Positions 57,090 to 64,000 of a stretch of DNA of 64,000 bases are shown piece by piece. This stretch comes from Eledone cirrhosa. Lineage: Eukaryota. Location: NCBI GenBank assembly GCA_964016885.1, contig OZ024743.1:142352001-142416000 (forward strand), given 5' to 3'. The position numbers and the translations under genes are program-made. The notes under the pieces were generated by a model. It ran no database searches. It worked only from the letters and a program-made list of their open reading frames with translations, and had not been told where the DNA came from. Position 1 is the stretch's first letter. Each line of letters begins with the position of its first letter.

Positions 57090-60000
57090 ACAGCAAACAC
57101 CAATCACCATACACCAAACACCAAACACCAAACACCAATCACCAAACACCAAACACCAAACACCAAACACCAAACACCAAACACCAAACAGTAAACACCA
57201 AACACCAAACAGCAAACACCAAACACCAAACACCAAACAGCAAAGACCAAACACCAAACACCAAACACCAAACACCAAGCAGCAAACACCAAACAAACAG
57301 CAAACAGCAAACACCAAGCATCAACCAACAAACACCAAACAACAAACGCCAAACAGCAAACGCCAACCACCAGATGCCAAACAGCAAACGCCAAACACCA
57401 AACGCCAAACAGCAAACACCAAACACCAAACAGCAAACACCAAACACCAAACACCAAATAGCAAACACCAAACAGCAAACACCAAACAGCAAACACCAAA
57501 CAGCAAACACCAGACAGCAAACAGCAAACACCAAACACCAGACACCAAGCACCAAGCACCAAACACCAAGCACCAAGCAACAAGCACCAATCACCAAGCA
57601 CCAAGCACTAAACGCCAAGCACCAAGCACCAAACACCAAGCACCAAGCACCAAGCACCAAACACCAAGCACCAAAGACCAAGCACCAAATACCAAGCACC
57701 AAGCACCAAACACCAATCACCAAGCACCAAGCACCAAACACCAAGAACCAAGAACCAATCACTAAACACCAAACACCAAGCACCAAGCACCAAACACCAA
57801 ACACCAAGCACCAAGTAGCAAACTCCAAACACCAAACACCAAGCACCAAGCACCAAATCCCAAGCACCAAACACCAAGCACCACACATCAAACACCAAGC
57901 ACCAAGCACCAATCGCCAAGCACCAAGCACCAAGCAACAAACACAAAGCACCAAGCACCAAGCACCAAGCACGCAACACCAAACACCAATCACCAAGCAC
58001 CAAAGAGCAAACACGAAGCCCCAAGCACCAAACACCCAACACCAAACACCAAACATCAAACACCAATCACGAATCACCAAACAGCAAACACCAAACACCA
58101 AACACCAAACACCAAGCACCAAACACCAAACACCAAACACCAAGCACCAAGCACCAAACACCAAACACCAAGCAGCAAGCACTAAACACCAAACACCAAG
58201 CACCAAGCACCAGGCACCAAACACCAAGCACCAAGCACCAAGCACCAAACACCAAGCCCCAAGCACCAAACACCAAACACCAAGCACCAAACACCAAGCA
58301 CCAAACAGCAAGCACCAAGCACCAAGCACCAGACACCAAGCACCGAGCACCAAACACCAAACACCAAGCACCAAGCACTAAACACCAAACACCAAGCACC
58401 AAGCACCAAGCACCAAGCACCAAACACCAAGCACCAAGCACCAAGCACCAACACCAAGCACCAAACACCAAGCACCAAGCACCAAGCACCAACCACCAAG
58501 CACCAAACACCCAACACCAAGCACCAAGCACCAAACACCAAATACCAAGCACCAAACACCAAGCACCAAACCCCAAGCACCAAACACCAAGCACCAAGCA
58601 CCAAATACCAAGCACCAAGCACCAAGCACCATGCACCAAAAACCAAGCACCAAGCACCAAACAGCAAACACCAAACAGCAAACACCAAACACCAAACACC
58701 AAACAGCAAACACCAAACAGCAAACACCAAACAGCAAACACCAAACACCAAACACCAAATAGCAAACGCCAAGAAGCAAACGCCAAACCCCAAACGCCAA
58801 ACAGCAAATGCCAAACCCCAAACGCCAGACAGCAAGCGCCAAACGCCAAAAACCAAGCGCCAAGCACCAAACACCAAACACCAAGCACCAAGCACCAAAC
58901 ACCAAACACCAAGCACCAAGTACCAAACACCAAACACCAAGCACCAAACACCAAACAGAAAACGCCAAAAAGCAAACGCCAAAGCCCATACGCCAAACAG
59001 CAAATGCCAAACCCCAAACGCCAAACAGCAAACGCCAAGCACCAAACACCAAACACCAAGCACCAAGCACCAAACACCAAACACCAAGCACCAATCACCA
59101 AACACCAAGCACCAAGCGCCAAGCACCAAACACCAAACACCTAGCACCAAGCACCAAGCACCAAACACCAAGCACCAAACACCAATCACCAAGCCCCAAG
59201 CACCAAACACCAAACACCAAGCACCAAACACCAAACACCAAGCACCAAGCACCCAGAACCAAGCACCAAGCACCAAACACCAAGCACCAAGCACCGAGCA
59301 CCAAACACCTAGTACCAAGCACCAATCACCAAACACCAAGCACCAAGCACCAAACACCAAACACCAATCACCAAGCACCAAGCACCAAACACCAAGAACC
59401 AAGCACCAAGCACTAAACACCAAACACCAAGCACCAAGCACCAAACACCAAACACCAAGCACCAAGTACCAAACTCCAAACACCAAACACCAAGCACCAA
59501 GCACCAAATCCCAAGCACCAAACACCAAGCACCAATCACCAAACACCAAACACCAAGCACCAAGCACCAAACACCAAAAACCAAGCACCAAGCACCAAGC
59601 ACCAAACACCAAACGCCAAACACCGAACACCAAGTACCAAGCACCAAACACCAAGCACCAATCGCCAAAGACCAAACACCAAGCACCAAGCACGAAACAC
59701 CAAGCACCAAGCACCGAGCACCAAACACCAAGTACCAAGCACCAATCACCAAACACCAAGCACCAAGCACCAAACACCAAACACCAAGCACCAAGCACCA
59801 AACACCAAACACCAAGCACCAAGCACCACACACCAAATACCAAGCACCAAGCACTAAACACCAAACACCAAGCACAAGCACCAAGCATCAAGCACCAAGC
59901 ACCAAACACCAAACACCAAACACCAAGCACCAAAAACCAAGCACCAAGCTCCAAGCACCAAACACCAAGCACCAAACACCAAACACCAAGCACCAATCAC

Positions 60001-63000
60001 CAAGCACCAAACACCAAGCACCAAGCACCAAGCACCATGCACCAAACACCAAGCACCAAGCACCAAACAGCAAACACCAAGCACCAAACACCAAACACCA
60101 AGCACCAAGCAACAAACACCAAACACCAAGCACCAAACACCAAGCACCAAGCCCCAAGCACCAAACACCAAGCACCGAGCACCAAACACCAAGCACCCAG
60201 CACCAAGCACCATGCACCAAACACCAAGCACCAAGCACCAAACAGCAAACACCAAACAGCAAACACCAAACAGCAAACACCAAACAGCAAACACCAAACA
60301 CCAAACACCAAACAGCAAACGCCAAAAAGCAAACGCCAAACCCCAAACGCCAAACAGCAAATGCCAAACCCCAAACGCCAAACAGCAAACGCCAAGCACC
60401 AGACACCAAACACAAAGCGCCAAGCACCAAACACCAAACACCAAGCACCAAGTACCAAACACCAAACACCAAGCGCCAAACACCAAACACCAAACACCTA
60501 GCACCAAGCACCAAGCACCAAACACCAAGCGCCAAACACCAAGCACCAAGCACCAAGCACCAAGCACCAAGCACCAAACACCAATCACCAAGCCCCAAGC
60601 ACCAAACACCAAGCACCCAGCACCAAACACCAAACACCAAGCACCAAGCACCCAGAACAAAGCACCAAGCACCAAACACCAAACACCAAGCTCCAAGCAC
60701 CAAACACCAAACACCAAGCACCAAGCACCAAGCACCAAACACCAAACACCAAGCTCCAAGCACCAAACACCAAACACCAAGCACCAAGCACCAAACACCA
60801 ATCACCAAGCACCAAGCACCAAACCCCAAGCACCAAACACCAAGCACCAATCACCAAACACCAAACACCAAGAACCAAGCACCAAGCACCAAACCCCAAG
60901 CACCAAACACCAAGCACCAATCACCAAACACCGAACACCAAGAACCAAGCACCAAGCACCAAACACCAAGCACCAAGCACCAAGCACCAAGCACCAAGCA
61001 CCAAACACCAAGCACCAAGTACCACACACCAAACACCAAGCACCAAGCACCAAACACCAAACACCAAACACCAGGCACCAAGCACCAATCACCAAGCACC
61101 AAGCAAAAACACAAAGCAGCAAGCACCAAGCACCAAACACCAAACACCAAGCCCAAATCACCAAAGAGCAAAAACAAAACACCAAGCACCAAACACCAAA
61201 CACCAAGCACCAAACACCAAACACCAAACACCAAACGCCAAACAGCAAACACCAAACACCAAATAGCAAAAACCAAAGAGCAAACTCCAAGCACCAAACA
61301 GCAAACACAAAACACCAAACAGCAAACACCAAACAGCAAACTCCAAACACCAAACACCAAGCACCAAGCACCAAATCCCAAGCACCAAACACCAAGCACC
61401 GATCACCAAACACCAAGCACCAAGCACCAACCACCAAACACCAAGCACCAAGTACCAAACACCAAACACCAAGCACCAAACACTAAACAGCAAACGCAAA
61501 AAAGCAAATGCCAAACCCCAAACGCCAAACAGCAAACGCCCAGCACCAAACACCAAACACCAAACACCAAGCACAAATCACCAAACACCAAACACCAAGC
61601 GCCAAACACCAAACACCAAACACCTAGCACCAAGCACCAAGCACCAAACACCAAGCACCAAACACCAAGCACCAAGCACCAAGCACCAAGCACCAAACAC
61701 CAATCACCAAACCCCAAGCATCAAACACCAAGCACCCAGCACCAAACACCAAACACCAAGCACCAAGCACCCAGAACAAAGCACCAAGCACCAAACACCA
61801 AACACCAAGCTCCAAGCACCAAACACCAAACACCAAGCACCAAGCACCAAGCACCAAACACCAAACACCAAGCACCAAGCACCAAACACCAAACACCAAG
61901 CACCAATCACCAAACACCAAGCCCCAAGCGCCAAACACCAAACACCAAACACCTAGCACCAAGCACTAAGCACCGAACACCAAGCACCAAACACCAAGCA
62001 CCAAGCACCAAGCACCAAGCACCAAGCACCAAACACCAATCACCAAGCCCCAAGCACCAAACACCAAGCACCAAGCACCAAACACCAAACACCAAGCACC
62101 AAGCACCCAGAACCAAGCACCAAGCACCAAACACCAAACACCAAACTACCAAGCACCAAGCACCAAACACCAAACACCAAGCACCAAGCACCAAGCACCA
62201 ATCACCAAAGAGCAAACACCAAGCCCCAAGCACCAAACACCAAACACCAAACACCAAATAGCAAACACTAAACACCAAACACCAAACAGCAAACACAAAA
62301 CACCAAATAGCAAACACCAAACACCAAACACCAAACACCAAACAGCAAACACCAAACACCAAACACCAAACACCAAACAGCAAACACCAAACAGCAAACA
62401 CCAAACAGCAAACAGCAAACACCAAACACCAAACACCAAGCACCAAGCACCAAGCACCAAACAACAACACCAAGCACCAAGCATCAAACACCAAGCACCA
62501 AGCACCAAACACCAAACACCAAGCTCCAAGCACCAAACACCATACACCAAGCACCAAGCACCAAACACCAATCACCAAGCACCAAGCACCAAACCCCAAG
62601 CACCAAACACCAAGCACCAATCACCAAACACCAAACACCCAGCACCAAGCACCAAACACCAAGCACCAAGCACCAAGCACCAAACACCAAGCACCAAGTA
62701 CCAAACACCAAACACCAAGCACCAAGTACCAAACACCAAACACCAAGCACCAAGCACCAAACACCAAACACCAAGCACCAAGCACCAAACACCAAACACC
62801 AGGCTCCAAGCACAAAACACAAAGCACCAAGCACCAAGCAACAAACACCAAACACCAAGCACCAAACACCAAGCACCAAGCCCCAAGCACCAAACACCAA
62901 GCACCAAGCACCAAACACCAAGCACCAAACACCAAGCACCAAGCACCAAGCACCATGCACTAAACACCAAGCACCAAGCACCAAACAGCAAACACCAAAC

Positions 63001-64000
63001 AGCAAACACCAAACAGCAAACACCAAACAGCAAACACCAAACACCAAGCACCAAGCACCAAACACCATACGCCAAACACCAAACACCAAGCACCAAGCAC
63101 CAAACACCAAGCACCAAGCACCAAAGACCAAACACCAAGCACCAAGCACGAAACACCAAGCACCAAGCACCGAGCACCAAACACCAAACACCAAACACCA
63201 AGCACCAAGCACCAAACACCAAACACCAAGAACCAAGCACCAAACACCAAATACCAAGCACCAAGCACTAAACACCAAACACCAAGCACCAAACACCAAG
63301 CACCAAGCACCAAGCACCAAGCACCAAACACAAAACACCAAGTACCAAACACCAAACAGCAAACACCAATCACCAAACACCAAACACCAAACAGCAAACA
63401 CCAATCACCAAACACCAAACACCAAACACCAAACAGTAAACACCAAACACCAAACAGCAAACACCAAACACCAAACACCAAACAGCAAACACCAAACAAA
63501 CAGCAAACAGCAAACACCAAGCAGCAAACACCAAACACCAAACAACAAATGCCAAACAGCAAACGCCAGCCACCAGATGCCAAACAGCAAACGCCAAACA
63601 GCAAACGCCAAACAGCAAACACCAAACACTAAACAGCAAACACCAAACACCAAACACCAAATAGCAAACACCAAACAGCAAACACCAAACAGCAAACACC
63701 AAACAGCAAACACCAGACAGCAAACAGCAAACTCCAAACACCAAACACCAAGCACCAAGCACCAAACACCAAGCACCAAGCAACAAGCACCAATCACCAA
63801 GCACCAAGCACTAAACACCAAACACCAAGCACCAAGCACCAAGCACCAAACAGCAAGCACCAAGCACCATGCACCAAACGCCAAGCACCAAGCACCAAAC
63901 ACCAAGCACCAAGCACCAAGCACCAAACACCAAGCACCAAAGACCAAGCACCAAATACCAAGCACCAAGCACCAAACACCAATCACCAAGCACCAAGCAC
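57090..64000. repeat. Diverged direct repeat (~57090-57730 vs ~63340-64000), offset ~6203 bp
   Basis: CAGATGCCAAA at 57371 and 63574. Shared 4-bp monomer CAAA at 57294 and 63497. CAGTAAA variant in both copies. Confidence 0.85.

Larger units (their letters stand above)
1..64000. repeat. Heptamer tandem satellite array (CACCAAR)n, ~9,140 monomers, single orientation, extending beyond both window ends
   Basis: The sequence parses end to end into 7-mers, mainly CACCAAG and CACCAAA, with variants (CAGCAAA, CACTAAT, CACCAGG, CCCCAAG, TACCAAG, CATCAAA, GACCAAG and others). The + strand is A/C-rich and nearly T-free throughout. All six-frame translations have 7-aa periodicity. Confidence 0.99.
50790..64000. 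repeat. A-rich, more diverged subfamily domain of the same heptamer (enriched in CACCAAA, CAGCAAA, CGCCAAA, TAGCAAA, TGCCAAA)
   Basis: Long stretches nearly lack CACCAAG (e.g. ~56330-56580, ~57100-57540, ~63345-63750). Left-domain landmarks GATATC, CACCATG-CACCTAG and CACTAAT were not seen here. 11 of the 19 phase-breaking monomers fall in these 13 kb. Confidence 0.85.

Noticed and set aside
58182-59996. Long hydrophobic Cys/Trp-rich minus-strand ORFs (WCLVLGA/WCLVFGV repeats) resembling membrane proteins
   Set aside because: These are overlapping ORFs in all three minus frames with the same heptad, and many start at GTG/TTG codons built into the monomer. This is typical spurious translation of a simple repeat.
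1-64000. CRISPR array or other repeat-spacer system
   Set aside because: There are no unique spacers between repeats, every segment is a heptamer variant, and no cas-like ORF is present.
1-64000. Canonical telomerase-synthesised telomere tract
   Set aside because: The monomer is not a canonical repeat I recognise (TTAGGG, TTTAGGG, TTAGG, TTAGGC). Kilobase-scale copying of rare variants indicates DNA-templated duplication rather than reiterative RNA-templated synthesis.
1-64000. Bacterial heptamer short tandem repeats (cyanobacterial STRR-type) or a phase-variation contingency locus
   Set aside because: Those tracts are typically short and lie in or between genes, whereas here 64 kb contain no gene. 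A prokaryotic origin is unlikely, though not formally excluded.
1-64000. Sequencing or basecalling artefact, or randomly generated low-complexity sequence
   Set aside because: Rare variants and indels recur in identical contexts at offsets consistent with the 7-bp register over tens of kb, which noise would not produce. The copy number of individual near-identical blocks could still be misassembled.
1-64000. Strong G-quadruplex, hairpin or cruciform structure
   Set aside because: Minus-strand G runs are mostly GG, with only scattered GGGG from CCCCAAR, so at best weak two-tetrad G4s could form. No inverted segments exist. Short palindromes (GATATC, GCATGC, CCTAGG) are incidental point variants.
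1-64000. Embedded transposon, tRNA/rRNA or promoter/terminator elements
   Set aside because: No non-repeat insertion, terminal repeat, target-site duplication or RNA-gene-like sequence was seen anywhere in the window.

Overview
The whole 64-kb window is one uninterrupted, single-orientation tandem array of a 7-bp monomer, consensus CACCAAR (CACCAAG/CACCAAA; minus strand YTTGGTG), about 9,140 monomers. I see no unique sequence, credible gene, RNA gene, transposon or CRISPR array. All ORFs in the track are translations of the heptamer: 3 monomers = 21 bp = 7 aa, giving HQAPSTK/HQTPNTK on + and WCLVLGA/WCLVFGV on -. The notable biology is the array's internal architecture. Rare variant monomers act as landmarks and show nested duplications with offsets of 266, ~462, 497, ~742, 1260, 1323, 1498, ~2030, ~2120, 2198/2303/2800, 2639, 3954, ~4528, ~5250-5320 and 6203 bp. 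Every offset is a whole number of monomers once 19 phase-breaking monomers are counted. The array is divided into domains with private variants, and an A-rich, apparently more diverged subfamily starts near 50.8 kb. This fits a recombination-maintained satellite (heterochromatic, centromeric or subtelomeric/telomere-like), most likely eukaryotic. Organism and chromosomal position cannot be determined from the window. Landmark coordinates were read by eye, and block boundaries are approximate.
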